A DNA stretch of 64,000 bases from the human T2T-CHM13v2.0 reference genome, Homo sapiens. Made by a program: the position numbers and the translations under genes. Below are positions 40,785 to 53,460 of the stretch, in pieces. The stretch's first letter is position 1. Every line of letters starts with the position of its first letter. The stretch lies in the NCBI RefSeq assembly GCF_009914755.1, contig NC_060926.1; one strand, 5' to 3'. A model generated the notes under the pieces. It saw only the letters and a program-made list of their open reading frames with translations, was not told where the DNA came from and made no database searches.

Positions 40785-41416
40785 TACTGGGGATTCCAAG
40801 GAGTGGTCTAGCTTCAGGTATAGCTGGACCCAGGAGTTCATTGGCGTCATTGAAACTCCCTCTCCCTTTCTTTGTGGAAGCAAGATGCCCCCATGGGTTC
40901 TAGAGAAAGACAGTACATAGCACATTTCAGGAAGTGACTCTCAGTCCAGCCTGGGTCTCATGTCCATCACAGGCACAATCTCAGTGGCCAGGGAGAGGGG
41001 ATTTTCTGATTGCCAAGGGCAGAGTCACTAGCCACAAGGGACTAGCAAAGTAGTTCTAGCTGCTGTAACAACAATCCCTGACAATCTCAGTAACTTAATA
41101 CAATGGAAGTTTACCTTTTAGTTATTTACACAGTCATATTGGGAGAACCTTCTTGAGAACACAGGGTGAGGGAGGTCCTGCCATCTTTAACAAGTGGCTT
41201 CCAAGGTCACCAAAAGCATCAGTATCCAGCCCCCTAATAGGGGAAGAGAAACTGGACCATCATGCATGGGGTTCTTTCAGGGACTAGGTCTAACATTTTC
41301 ATTGGCCAGAACTCAGTCACACGAACAGATTGTAATGCTGTCTGGGAATGCAGTCTAACTGTGAGCTTGGCAGGAAAGGACACAGGTTTGTTAAATGGCT
41401 AGCCATTTCTGCCACA
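40785..41416 (-). mobile_element. old MLT1 (I/J/K-like) LTR fragments
   Basis: gcttcaggtatagctggacccagg; tagctgctgtaacaac...cattggccagaactcagtcac...tctgccaca. Confidence 0.55.
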
Positions 41417-41540
41417 AGTCATAATGCTGAGCAATGTTATCAGAGAATGAAGATGAGTCCCAAAGAAAAAGGTTCAGAGCGGATTAAAAAAAAAAAGTCC
41501 TCTGAACTAACTCATGAGATGTTTTAGTCTCATCTGACTT

Positions 41541-41626
41541 TGCTGCTCTTAGTTCTAATTACATCTAGTAATTAGATACTATTGTGCTGCTCTTAGTTCT
41601 AATTACATCTAGTACAGATACTATTG
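41541..41626. repeat. two-copy tandem duplication (44/42 bp)
   Basis: tgctgctcttagttctaattacatctagta...agatactattg occurs twice. Confidence 0.9.
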
Positions 41627-42155
41627 TCCATTGCTGTATGACCAACTATCCCAAAACTTAATGGTATACAACAAGTATTTTGTTATATTTTATCATATTT
41701 CTTATATATTATGATTTCATGATTGGGAATTTGAGTAGGGCTCAGCTGGATGGTTCTTTCACTCTTCATGGTGGCAACTAGAGTCACTCATTGGCACACA
41801 GCTGGCAGATGGGTTGGTTTGGCAGGTCCAAGATAGCTCCACTCACAAGTCTGGTGCCTTGGTGGGACTGGCTGGATGTCTGGGCTCACCTGGGCCCCTC
41901 TTCCTCTCCATGTAGTCTCAGGCCTTGCCATGTGGTGTCTGCAGCAGGCTAGTCAGATTTCTTATATGGTGGCTCATGGCTTTAAGAGTGTTTCAGGTGA
42001 CGCAGGAAGAAGCTGCATGGCTTCTAAGGACCTGGTCTCCAAAGCCCTGGAGTGTCACTTAGCCACATTCTATTGGCCAAGTAAGTCTTTAAGGCCAGTC
42101 CAGATTCAAGGGAGGAGAACTAGACCTTCCTGCTCAATTGTGGCAGTTTTAATCA
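41627..42155 (-). mobile_element. MLT1H-like LTR
   Basis: ccaaaacttaatgg...gggctcagctggatggttct...cacattctattggcc...cagattcaaggg. Confidence 0.7.
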
Positions 42156-42479
42156 ATGACAGATCCTTTCCAGTCAAGTGACTTTTTCACATGGCAGATG
42201 TGAATTTGAGGGTCTTTTCTTCTCTATGAGAGGCTGCAGGATATGAGCCTCAACTGTTCCACCTACTGCTAGATGTTATGGCCATTTAGCTCCTGGCGTT
42301 GCAGTTCTTGTCTTGAGCTGGGCCTCCAGAAACAGGATGCCATATTCTGGAACATGAGACAGGTGTTCTGGTTTAGAGACACGGGACAGAATGTCAGGGA
42401 CCACGGACCACATGGATGTAACAAAGAACAGGGACCCACCCCCAGAAGTGGTATCTAACTAAGCTCAACAGCAAATATG

Positions 42480-42690
42480 ATAGCCGCTACTTATATACTA
42501 GGCCTTATTCTAAAGTTACATGTACTAACTTGCTAAATATTTTCAGCAGCCCTATATTTAAGTACCACATTTGTGCCCATTTTATAAAAGAAGAAACTCA
42601 GACACAAAGAGGTTAAGCAACTTGCCTGGGCTCATACTGCTGCAAAATGAAGAACCAGTATTCAGACTCAAGCAGCCTGGGTCCTGATGC
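42480..42690 (-). mobile_element. MIR
   Basis: cccattttataaaagaagaaactcagacacaaagaggttaagcaacttgcc. Confidence 0.7.
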
Positions 42691-44737
42691 CATGGGGCCG
42701 GAATAACCTGCTAAAACTAGTAATTGTCCCTGTAACACTCAAGAGCCCTGAGGTTTACTGCTATTAGCTGGGGGCTCTCAAGTCTATCATCGGCACTACT
42801 GAGTTAACTGACTTTCTGTAGGAAACCAAATGTTCTTTTTGTGAATTTGTAGGTTTCTGAGCTAACAAAAAATCCTTTTCTTCAGCTACCTATTATAGTC
42901 AGGGTGACTGGGCATACCTATTCATTTCCCATGGTGTCCTAGGACTCATATGCAAATTAAGCAAAAAGAATTCTGAGTTACATTGTAGCTTTGTTACTGC
43001 AAACCTGGGTTGTTGTTGTAAAGTCAAACAGTTTTGTTTGAGGATCCAGTGGGTGTGTGTGGCAGCACTAAGCACCTTAATGTGGAAATCAGAGATCTGA
43101 GTTTTCTTCTCTGAGTGAGCAGGGTCAAGAAGCCATGCAAAGTCCAGACTTTCATAAGAAAAAGCTGATGTGGGATTCCTGTCTAGGCCTCCCATCTCTC
43201 CTGATCCCACATCCTGACCCCTCCTCCTAGCTGCGTGCACTTTGCATTTGCCCTTCTAAACTCATTTCCTTCTGAGAAAAACACAGAAAGCCCCTTTGGG
43301 AAGAAATAGTCTGACTCTTCCAGGCATTTTCTGGGATTGGATAGTTGAGGCTGCTTGGCAGAGATGAGCATTATGGGCCTGGCATCACGTAGGATCTGTT
43401 TTTGGCCCTCCAGCCGTCTCCTTCCTCCTACGTGGATGGCAGATGGCCTATATTTTTAATAATTAAAAAAAAAAAGTAGGAGGGAAATCAGGCTCAGCAG
43501 GAGGAATTTGGAACCATCCAGGCAGTGCAATTGAGCTGTGAATTCATTTGTTTGGAAATTGGAAATGGTGTCTTCCCATTAAGCAGGCCTGTGGCCTCAG
43601 CCATTTCCAGGAAACTTCGAGGGCCCTGCGTAGTGATTTTCATCAGCAGGTCTCTGCTGGGGGTGGTGAATGAATGGGAGCCACTGGCAGTCCCTGGACC
43701 TTGTACTCATAGGACTGTACCTCCCAGGGGCCATGACGGGATAGTCCGTGAAACCTTCACCCCCTAATCTATCCGTAGCTTCTCAATAGCCCTGGGAGGC
43801 AGGGATCTCAAATGATTACACCAAGCAGCCGGCAAGACCCGCTTTGGGTCATTTAGAGATAAAGAGGAAATGTCCAGCTGTAACAGAAAAGATAAAGGCA
43901 TCTAAGAAGAGATGGTGGAGGTCTGAGACCCTGTTGGGTTACACGGTAGAGTGTGGGACTGTTAACTTCATTTGTTTCTCATTTAGTGGGGAATGGGAGG
44001 CATGGAGGAGGAAGTGCCAGACTGGAATGCAGACTCCCAGGTTCCCTGGCCTGGTACCCCAAGCTTTGTGTTCCTCACCTGGTCATCTTCCTTTTCTGGG
44101 TCTCAGCCTTTTTTTTTTTTTTTTTTAATTAAATTTGTAAAAGAACAAAACTGAATTCTGCGAGAGGTCGAGAGAGCTGAGAAAGGTTGGAGAAGCAGCC
44201 TTCCTGTACATAACCTGACTGTCTGCTGAGGCACAGAAAGATCTCAGCAGCCAAGAAGGCTGTGAGGCATTGGCAAGGTGACCAGAGAAGCGACTGCGTT
44301 TTGTTTTGGAAAAACCACCAGTAAACACAGGCGGCATGAAAGAGGTTGGGTAGGCTCAGATACATGGGTTCCAAGGTCATCTTTTCATCCTCAATAGGCT
44401 ACGAAAGAGCTGGGACCCCACAGCACATTTCTCCAATTCTCTGTCCGACTGCTCCCCTCTCTGTCAGCATCCCCCTCCCTGCTTGCTTGACGCTGTGTTG
44501 GGATTTCTAGAGAGTGTGTTGAGCAGCTCTGATGGTGTGAGGGCTGGCTGAGCAGAGCACCAGTCCTCCCGGCCCCTGTTCTGTCTGGTCTGGGAGACCA
44601 CTGCATCTCAGAACCTCAAGTTCTGGCAGGAAGGGATGGGATGAACATTCCAAGAGCACAGGGAGGAAGGAAAGCTACCCCCTCGGCCTCTTCCCCCAGC
44701 TTTCTCGGTAAGTCCATGCTGGGTCCCACTGACCAGC

Positions 44738-44772
44738 TGCCACCAGGGGCGAGTCAGCCCAGCAGATGGTGT
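44738..44772 (+). promoter_or_regulatory. candidate CTCF-like motifs
   Basis: tgccaccaggggcga (44738-44752) and ccagcagatggtgt (44759-44772) resemble CCASYAGRKGGC; motif match only. Confidence 0.3.
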
Positions 44773-45794
44773 GAGGCTGGGCTGGGAGGGGCGTGTCGGC
44801 CAGCCATGTTACCCTCTGCAATTTGGGACGTTCTGTTCCCAAAGTTCCCTGCTCTCCCTCTCCTCCCCCTGTCCCTTCATCATCCAGCCTGCTTCCCTTT
44901 CTTTCTTCTTTCCTTCGTCTTCCTGGCTCCCTTCCCCCTTTCCCTCCCCATGTTCTCTCTGCCACTCCCTTTTCTTTATTTTGTTTTAGCCATTGCAGAG
45001 TTTGAAAAAGAGAGTCCTTCTGGCTATCCCTAGGAAAGGGAGGGGCCCAAGTTAGAGGTAGGACCCTTAAGGTAGCCACAGTGTTAATAGGAGGGCCAAA
45101 GGGGTCTGTTTCTTGGCATAACGTATCCCTAGCCAGAGAGCCACAGGTTTAAGGAGTCCCTTTCTGCACTTAGTGAAAACCTCAGCTTAACACCCATTGG
45201 CCTTGCTGTGTCGAAAACAATACTGTTAGCTTGGAGCAGAGGCCAAGGTCTGCCAGTGGATCAATTTCTGCCTAGAGAAGGCCAAGGTGAAAGCTCCAGT
45301 GCCCCAGGGCTACTTTCCAGGTCACAGATGGTTCTTCCCCCTGCACTCTCCATCCCCCTTACTATTTGGAAGGGAGTGTGGCAATTCCTGGGTCCTCGCA
45401 CATTCCTTTCCTGCTGCTGAAAACACCAGGATGCTGTCTGGGCAGATTGGTTGAATGTGCTAGGTTGTTTATCTTCTCTCCTCTTTAGAAGCCTTGCTTC
45501 TCTAGGAGACTGGCCAGGGTGATGACAGCAGTAAGGGTGGTCCCAGACCCTCTTACTGAGACTCAAGCCTCTCCTGCTCTGTCTGTCCTCCTTCCTAGAG
45601 CCCCATCCCACAGGAGCAGGTGCAGCCAGCACAGTCTCCAGGCCTTTCCTTCAGGAACGTACATGTTTTCAATCCAAATCAAGAAGCCAGAGGCAGCCCT
45701 GAAGAGAAGGAAAAGAAAAGGGTTTGTTTAAAGGAGCCCAAAGATAAGCTGCTTCTACTTTTCCAGGACTCCTCCGGACTCCTAGATTCTAAAC

Positions 45795-45998
45795 CTGTAC
45801 TATCCAACAGGAGGCTCTGCAGTGGTGGAAAATGTCCTGTATCTGCATTGTCCAATAAGAAGCCACTAGCTGCAGGCAGCTACTGGATGCTTATAATGGG
45901 GTTAGTGCCACTGAAGAACTCAGTTGTTCATTTAATTCTGAGTCATTTAAATTTAAATAGCCACATGTGGCTGGTGGGTGCCATATTGGGCAATTCTA
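45795..45998. mobile_element. MER3-like hAT element
   Basis: ctgtatctgcattgtccaata...gccactag...aaatttaaatagccacatgtggct...catattgg. Confidence 0.7.
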
Positions 45999-46074
45999 AA
46001 ACATTAGGGGAACTTGGGGAATAGTAGTAACCCATTAATTGAAATAACATTTTACAAAACTCTTTACTCAGTTC

Positions 46075-46473
<399 letters not shown>

Positions 46474-46491
46474 TAGATTCTTTCTTTTAAT

Positions 46492-46518
46492 CAACAACAA
46501 CAACAACAACAACAACAA
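46492..46518. repeat. (CAA)9 microsatellite
   Basis: caacaacaa... pure trinucleotide run. Confidence 0.9.
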
Positions 46519-46519
46519 A

Positions 46520-46685
46520 ACCCTTGAATGGAGATACTGTTATCATCCACATTCTACAGAAAAGAAGAGGAAGGGGAGACACAGGGAGACTAAATTGTTT
46601 GCCCAAAGTTGCTCAGCTAGTTGGTGCTGGGACAGGATTTGTGAATGGCCCGCCTGACTCCAGAGCTGAGCTTTAACAAGCACAC
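46520..46685 (-). mobile_element. MIR
   Basis: tactgttatcatccacattctacag...gactaaattgtttgcccaaagtt...ctgactccagagc. Confidence 0.65.
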
Positions 46686-48602
46686 CACATATCACCCAAA
46701 CTCCCAAGACTAGATTCCAATTCTGCCTCTACCACCTGTCAGCTCTGTGGCCTTGGTCGTCATTTCTCCACTTTTGGCCTCAGGTAGCTCATGTATGAAA
46801 GTAGAGTGTGGAAGTGATGTGTCCTACGTCCTCTTTGGCTCTGAGAATGGATGCTTCTGCTTGCCTGAGCTCAACTGGGGTCACATGGCTGTGTCCAAAC
46901 ACACTCTTAGAAGGACATTCCATGGTTTGAAACACCATGGCCTTCTGTGAGGATGGTAGCATGAAAAGAAGGGCTGCTTTCGGCTGAGGGTATGGAGGAG
47001 GGCTCCAGGGGCAGGCAGGATTTGAGATGGGTCTGGAGGATAGGGAAGGCTATGGATGGGCAGAGATGGGGAGACAGCCGGGGGGCAGAGACACAATGAA
47101 GACAGATAGGAGAAGAGGCCCATTTGAGGGAGGAGCACATCATGTTGTGTGATTCTTCTGAAACCTCTTCTAGAAACCCACTTAAGAAATTTTCCTCCAA
47201 GAACAAGGGAGGTAGCAGGAAACCCAAAAGTAACCAAAGGTGAGGGTGAGAGATGTCTAATATCTGTTACGCTTCCATCAAGTGTACACTGTACGTCTCT
47301 TCTGAGCTGGCTGTAATATAAATAGTTAGATCCATCTCCCTTCCTTCCACCAGCCAGCAGAGTAGTCCCTGGGGGCTGATGGTGCATTAGGCATTTTCTG
47401 CTAAGCCTGTGTGACTTTCAACATGTCCTAGGACACAACGACACATCCACCCTGCCCTGTCTCCAGGCGCCCAAGCTGTTGTCTGAAATTGCCCAGACAG
47501 CATTCTTGGCCCCGACACACCCACTCTTCTCTCGCTCCCAGACTGTATTATTTATCTCTGTGGAGCAGCCTCCACTCCCTTCTTTCTGGCAGATACTGGC
47601 ACTGCCTGCCACTAGAGAAGTCAGGTTGTGACCTCAGCTAGGTCCTGTGATCTAGCTGAATCCTGCGCTTCACTCATGTAGGAGATTCCCTTGAGAGTTT
47701 TGTGTGTGCTGGTCACTGTGCAGAGCCCTGCAGGGAATCCCCAGGTGAATAAGCAAGGTCTGCCTTCCAGAAGCTCCAGGGCAGCATAGCTGAAGGGGTT
47801 CCACCTCAGATACCTAGATACACAGTAGATGATGGAAGTGCCTGCTGTGAGATCATAGGGAACAGTGGAGATCGGCAGAATTTAAGCCCTGCTTCATCTC
47901 CTTATCTCCAGCTCGTTACTACACTATACCACACAAAAACGCAGGCAGAATGGTTTGGTGCTCTTTTTTGCAAAGAGAAGCTAGAATCTGGATTTTAAGT
48001 AGAAATTTCCCAAGTTTTAAAAAGGGCATGCTGGCCAAATAAAACTCATCTCTTGGTGAAAAACATTCCTGTTTCTTTCTTATACATTGGCAAATTCCTG
48101 AAGATGTGTTTGTTGACTGGTTGAAGAAAGGAAGGAATGAGATGAGCCAATCTCTGGAAGTTGCCCCTCCCTGTTTGTGCCCACATTGACACCGTTTTCC
48201 TGCTTCAGTGTAGACAGAGCCTTGTTTGCACCAGAGCAATTAACCGGATAATTATCTCCTTGGAAAATTAGTCACAAAGACCAAGTCAACACAAGAGCAG
48301 TGGGCACATGTGCATTGGCTGCTCCTGGGTTTTCGAGGGGGTGGATTTCTTCTGCCCTCTCTCTCCCTTGCACACAGGGTCAGAAAAGGACACTGGTAAC
48401 TGGGTTTCTTAGATTATGAAACCTGAAGTTTCTAGGTAAAGGCAAGGTTGAGAAGAGGGCTTAGGGCTCCCCCAAAGCCCTCCACTCAAAAACACATTAA
48501 CATTTATGTCAAAAAAATTGCACTTTTAAAAAATAGTATTGGTCGTGCAGTTAGTACCCTCATGGGATTGTAGAATATGTATTGTGCTGTGTTCTTGACA
48601 GG

Positions 48603-49024
48603 TGTATTAGTCAGGGTTCTCCAAAGAAACAGAACCAACAGGATGCGTCTGTGTGTTTATATGTGCGTATGGAGAGAGAGAGAGAGAGAGAAGTTTATTT
48701 TTAAAAATTGGTTCATGCAATTGTGATGGCTGGCAAGTCCAAAATCTGCAGGGAAGGCCAAGAGACTAGAGACTCAGGGAAGAGTTGATGCTGCAGCCTT
48801 GAGTTCAAATGCAGTATAAGGGTAGAATTCTTTCCTCTTTCCTCTTAAGACCTTTAACTGATTACATGAGATCTACCCACACATGGAGGGTAGTTTACTT
48901 CAAAAGTCTACTGATTTAAATATTACATCTAAAAATACTTCTCTAGTAACATCTAGAATAGTGTTTGAACAAACACTGGGCACCAAAACTTACCCAAGCT
49001 GATACACAAAAACTAACCATGACA
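48603..49024 (-). mobile_element. MLT2-family ERVL LTR with (GA)n
   Basis: tgtattagtcagggttctccaaagaaacagaaccaacagga...ggctggcaagtccaaaatctgcagg...aactaaccatgaca. Confidence 0.85.
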
Positions 49025-49758
49025 GTGGGGTAGCCATCTTGGATTAAATTCCGTCAAAGTGTTTTAAACAATACAACAAACAACCTAATGCCTGTAAAAC
49101 GTTGTTGGATAGATGTGGCCAGTGCTCATCAAGATGATTGTCCAGGTAATGTTCTTTCCAGTGTTAGTTCATTCTTTCGATTTTTTTTTGTCATCTAATT
49201 TATCAAACAATCACAAGTTAATTTAGTGATTAGCTCAAACTGAGGTAGCAAAGACATTTTGTTTCCTATGACAGTTCTTTTCAATTGTTGATGACTACTT
49301 TGTGTACTAAATGTGAAGGAGCTGTGGGTGAACTCAGCTCAGAGGGGAGGAGTGTTGTATTTGAATACTCATGTCTGTGATGGGAACAGGCATGGAAGTG
49401 GTGGTATGTGTGCTGTGTATATGCCATCTACCATCAAGATCAAATCTTCATTAGAGAAGAGAGGGAAGATCAGAAAGAAGAAATCATTTGAGTGAGCTCC
49501 CCCAACAAGTAAATATCAGGTGAGGAGGAGAAACTAGAAGTCAGGTCTTCTAACTCATGGTGCAGAGTTTCCCTATCAGACAAGGAATATCTAATGTACA
49601 CACTTATCAAGGGACTAATTAGCCAAGTAGTGTTCTCATTTCCTCCATGTCTTATTTGTTTCATTAGAAAAAAATTTTTTGTCTCCTCAAAGAAGCCTAT
49701 GTATCGTGTAACTAGTAAACTACATCCCAAATTTGGATCTCTCAAATTTTCCTTTTAA

Positions 49759-50035
49759 GACTGGGCAGGGTGAGTCACATCTATAATCCCAACCCTTTGG
49801 GAGGCTGAAGCAAGAGGATTGCTTGAATCCAGGGGTTCAAGACCAGCCTGGGCAACATAGTGAGATTGCCCTCTACAAAAAATATGAAAATTATCTGGGT
49901 GTGGGGGGCATTCCTGTAGTTCCAGTCACTTGGGAGGGTGAGGTGGGAGGATTGCATTTCAAGACTGCAGTGAGCTATGATTGTGCTACTGCCCTCCAGC
50001 CTGGGCAACAGAACAAGAACTTGTCTCAAAAAAAA
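49759..50035 (+). mobile_element. AluJ
   Basis: gaggattgcttgaatccaggggttcaagaccagcctgggcaacatagtgaga; TSD-like aaattttcctttta/aatatttccttcta. Confidence 0.88.
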
Positions 50036-50089
50036 TATTTCCTTCTATGTATTTCAATTATACTATACCTCAACAAAATTTTGTAATCT

Positions 50090-50290
50090 AGAATGGTGAT
50101 GTCCAATACAGTAGCCACTAGCCCCTTCTGGTACTGAGAACTTGAAATGTAGCTTGCTGAGGAAATAATTTGAAACGTTCTTTAATTTTAAAAAATTGAA
50201 TTTCAGTAGCCACATGTGACTAGTAGATATTGTATTGGATAGCCCAGAACATTTTGATTATTTCAGATAATTCTATTGAGAAGTACCAAC
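50090..50290. mobile_element. MER3/MER33-like hAT element
   Basis: tgtccaatacagtagccactagcc...tagccacatgtgactagt...gtattggatag. Confidence 0.7.
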
Positions 50291-50611
50291 CTAAAGAAAT
50301 GTCTAATTCATTTTTTCTTTCTTTGCTTTTTCTGTTCCTAGTAGCCTAAATTTTCAAGGCTTGACCTAAATAAGACTTTTTTTGTAGCCCCAATGCCCAA
50401 TTTCTTTTGACCATCTCCTCCTTTATTTTAATTTATTTTACAGCCTCCCCTTAGTTTGGGTCCTAAACAAGGCTGGGCTTGAGGTAGGGTCTGAAGAGTC
50501 ATGTGGCAAGCAGCCCTTTCTTTTTAAGGCAGAAATTGAAAGGCAGAGATGTAGGTGTTGGTAGGGAGAGACCTTTTGGAGAGAAAGGCAAGGCCAGTAC
50601 ATTTTGTCTGG

Positions 50612-50970
50612 TAATATGGTTTGGCTGTGTCCCCATCCAAATCTCATCCTGAATTGTAGTTCCCATAATCTCCACGTGTTGTGGAAGGTAATTGAATCAT
50701 GGGGGCAGTTACCTTCATGCTGTTCTCGTGATAGTGAGTGAGTTGTCATGAGATCTTATGGTTTTACAAGGGCTTTTTCCCCTTTTGCTCATTCTTCTCT
50801 CTCCTGCCACCTTGTAAAGAAGGATGTGTTTGCTTCTCCTTCCACCATGATTGTAAGTTTCCTGAGGCCACCCCAGCCCCACAGAACTGTGAGTCAATTA
50901 AACCTCTTTATTTTATAAATTGCCCAGTCTTGGGTATGACCTTATAGCAGCATGAGAACGGATTAATACA
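50612..50970 (+). mobile_element. THE1-type solo LTR
   Basis: taatatggtttggctgtgtcccc...gagaacggattaataca; perfect TSD tctgg. Confidence 0.9.
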
Positions 50971-51261
50971 TCTGGTCAAGCTGAATTTTTGCATCTTCCT
51001 GATTTTGAAGTGCCAAATCCTAACTCCTAATCCATTTCTATACTTCTTAGTTTAAATTTCTTGATTCTTTTTCTCTCTCCCTTAGTCAGCTCAAGCCTTA
51101 ATAGTTTTCTTTCATGCTTTGTCCACTATCCTTCAGAGCTTCATTTGATATGAGGAAAGGGTTTCTGAGCCACCTCCTCTGTCATCTTACCACCCTGTCC
51201 TTGCTTTTCCTTTCTCCTGTGAACTTGTCCTCTGTTTTCAAGGTCAATACTGCCTCTTAGC

Positions 51262-51435
51262 ACAATATGTTAAGAGCACAGGCTTTTCACCCCAGCTCTG
51301 CCACTTATACCTGGATAATATACGGCATGTCACTTAACCACCTGGTGCTTTAGTTGCATCATTTGTAAAATGAGAGTGATACTAATGATAGGATCTACCT
51401 CCTAGGTTGTTTGGAGGATTAAATATATAGTGCTT
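51262..51435 (+). mobile_element. MIR (split by THE1; resumes ~51800-51840)
   Basis: ttaagagcacaggc...cccagctctgccactta...catttgtaaaatg...gaggattaaat. Confidence 0.7.
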
Positions 51436-51795
51436 TGTATTAATCTGTTCACACACAGCAATAAAGGACTGCCCGAGACTGGGTACTTTTTAAAGAAGAG
51501 AGGTTTAATTGACTCACAGTTCTGCATGGTTGGGGAAGCCTCAGGAAACTTACAATCATGGCAGAAGGGGAAGCAGGTACGTCTTACATGGCGGCAGGTG
51601 ACAGAAAGGTGAGCAGGGGGAAACGGCCACTTATAAAACCATCAAATCATGTGAGAACTCATTCACTATCATGAGAACAGCATGGGGGAAACCACTCCTA
51701 TGATCCAATCACCTCCCACCAGGTCCCTCCCTCTACACTTGGGGATTACAGTTTGAGATGAGATTTGGGTGGGGACACAGAGCCAAACCATATTA
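51436..51795 (-). mobile_element. THE1D/MSTA-like solo LTR
   Basis: tgtattaatctgttc...gagccaaaccatatta; perfect TSD tgctt. Confidence 0.9.
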
Positions 51796-51849
51796 TGCTT
51801 AGAAAGCATCCCTGGCATTGGCAGATCCTACATAAACATTAGATAGAAT

Positions 51850-51970
51850 TGCAGGTGTCTATGTACTTGTTTCTCTCCCCCAGTAGATGGTAAACTCCTT
51901 GAGGGCAGGGGCTCAGCATGATTCCTGGCAGGTAGGAAGACTTCCATAAATATTTCCTTAATGAATAAGT
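51850..51970 (+). mobile_element. L2 3' end
   Basis: tagatggtaaactccttgagggcaggg...ataaatattt...atgaat. Confidence 0.6.
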
Positions 51971-53139
51971 AAGTTAATCACTTGGATCAGATAATCACTT
52001 TCCACTTCTTTCAAATGTCTCTGCATGAACTTTCAGATCAGATCCAACACTCGACTCCTGGCTTCTGCTACTCAGTGCCTCTTGTTTCTGTGGCCTCCTT
52101 TGTCTCTGTTTATTCTCTTTTCTGAGTTCTTCTGCTGATGAGGTCTTGTAGGGGTCATTTAATCCATTCCCCAATTTCCAGCAAGTTCTAACATTCATTC
52201 ACTGTGTGCTCCAGCTTGGAAGCTGGGCCTGGGGAAGACATCCAACACAAAGATTTTTTAGAATTCCCTAAACAGGAATTCTTTCTCCCTTTAGGAAAGT
52301 CCCAGGGATGCAGACATGAGGGCATTGGTCTGTCTTCCATGATGCCATTTCCTGGGCACTGAGGCAAGGAAGTGGGTGGGGTAAGAGGAGATGGTGTCAC
52401 TGGTCCCGTCATTGAAGGATGGGTGGGGGGCACACCTTCCTGCCATATTGGCTGTGATTATGTTAACCTAAAAACAGCCTCGCCTTCTGGTTTTTATCAC
52501 GTGGCCTGCCTACCCTTCCTCCCATCTTCATTCCTGGCACAGAGGTGGTTTTGTTCTGTCTTTGGCCCTTTCTGAAATATCAAACCCCATTGCGTCATGG
52601 TGCCAACCAACAGCTTGTTCAAGCCAGGAACAAAGAAACCATAACTGCTTCTTAAATTCTCCAGAATTTTCTGTTCCAGAGACACACTCCTAACTGTGTA
52701 GTGCCGACGTGACCTTTCATATGCAGTACAAATGAGGAATCCCTTCAACCCACAGCCCTCAGGGCTCAATGTCTAAACCATTGCCTGTCCTGACTGGTAG
52801 CTCTAATGAATTATAACTTTCTTCAGACCACCTCCTGTGAGATCTTCTTTAGCAACTTCTCTTCCCCCGGCCTTCTGCTGCCCCTGTTTTCCTCCTGGAA
52901 GCCACGGTTCTGACATAAGTTCATCTCTAGAGAGTGAGCAGCCAGAGAAAAGCCATGCTTGATATCTGATGGAGGTTGACAGTGCGCAGTTGACTTGGTT
53001 CCAGGTGCGGCTTCCTTAGCTGGTTGAGGTTGTTTGGCTCAGGTTGTTGACTCTAAGGGTCCCTTTCCCTTCTAAGAAAGCCAGAAATATCTGGATATTA
53101 GGCATATCTTGTCTGTGGCAAAATCCAGTTTCTTTTTCC

Positions 53140-53236
53140 ACCCCTCCCTCCCTTCCTCCCTCCTTTCCATTTTCCCTCCCTCCCTCCCTCCCTCCCTTCC
53201 TTCCTTCCTTCCTTCCTTCCTTTCCTCCCTCTTTCC
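53140..53236. repeat. (CCCT)n/(CCTT)n polypyrimidine tract
   Basis: ccctccctcccttcctccc...ttccttccttcc. Confidence 0.9.
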
Positions 53237-53460
53237 ACAATTATTTATTGCCTAGCTCTCGTATGCCAGATAGATGCTGAAGAAACAAAATAAAATATTC
53301 CATTAGTCTCAATTCTTGCTCTTAGAACTTAGATCAGAGTGTGAAAAACATACTTAAAAGCAGAAACTATAAATGAATATAAAATTGCAATTATTGAAAT
53401 ATACACAAGATGCTGTAGGAGCCCATGAGGGGTGGCCTAAGCCAGACTGTGCAGAAGGCA
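53237..53460 (-). mobile_element. L2 fragment
   Basis: acaattatttattgcctagctctcgtatgccaga...tgctgtaggagc. Confidence 0.55.

Noticed and set aside
46881-47387. Longest ORF (168 aa)
   Set aside because: No recognisable domain, no ATG at its annotated start, and consistent with chance.
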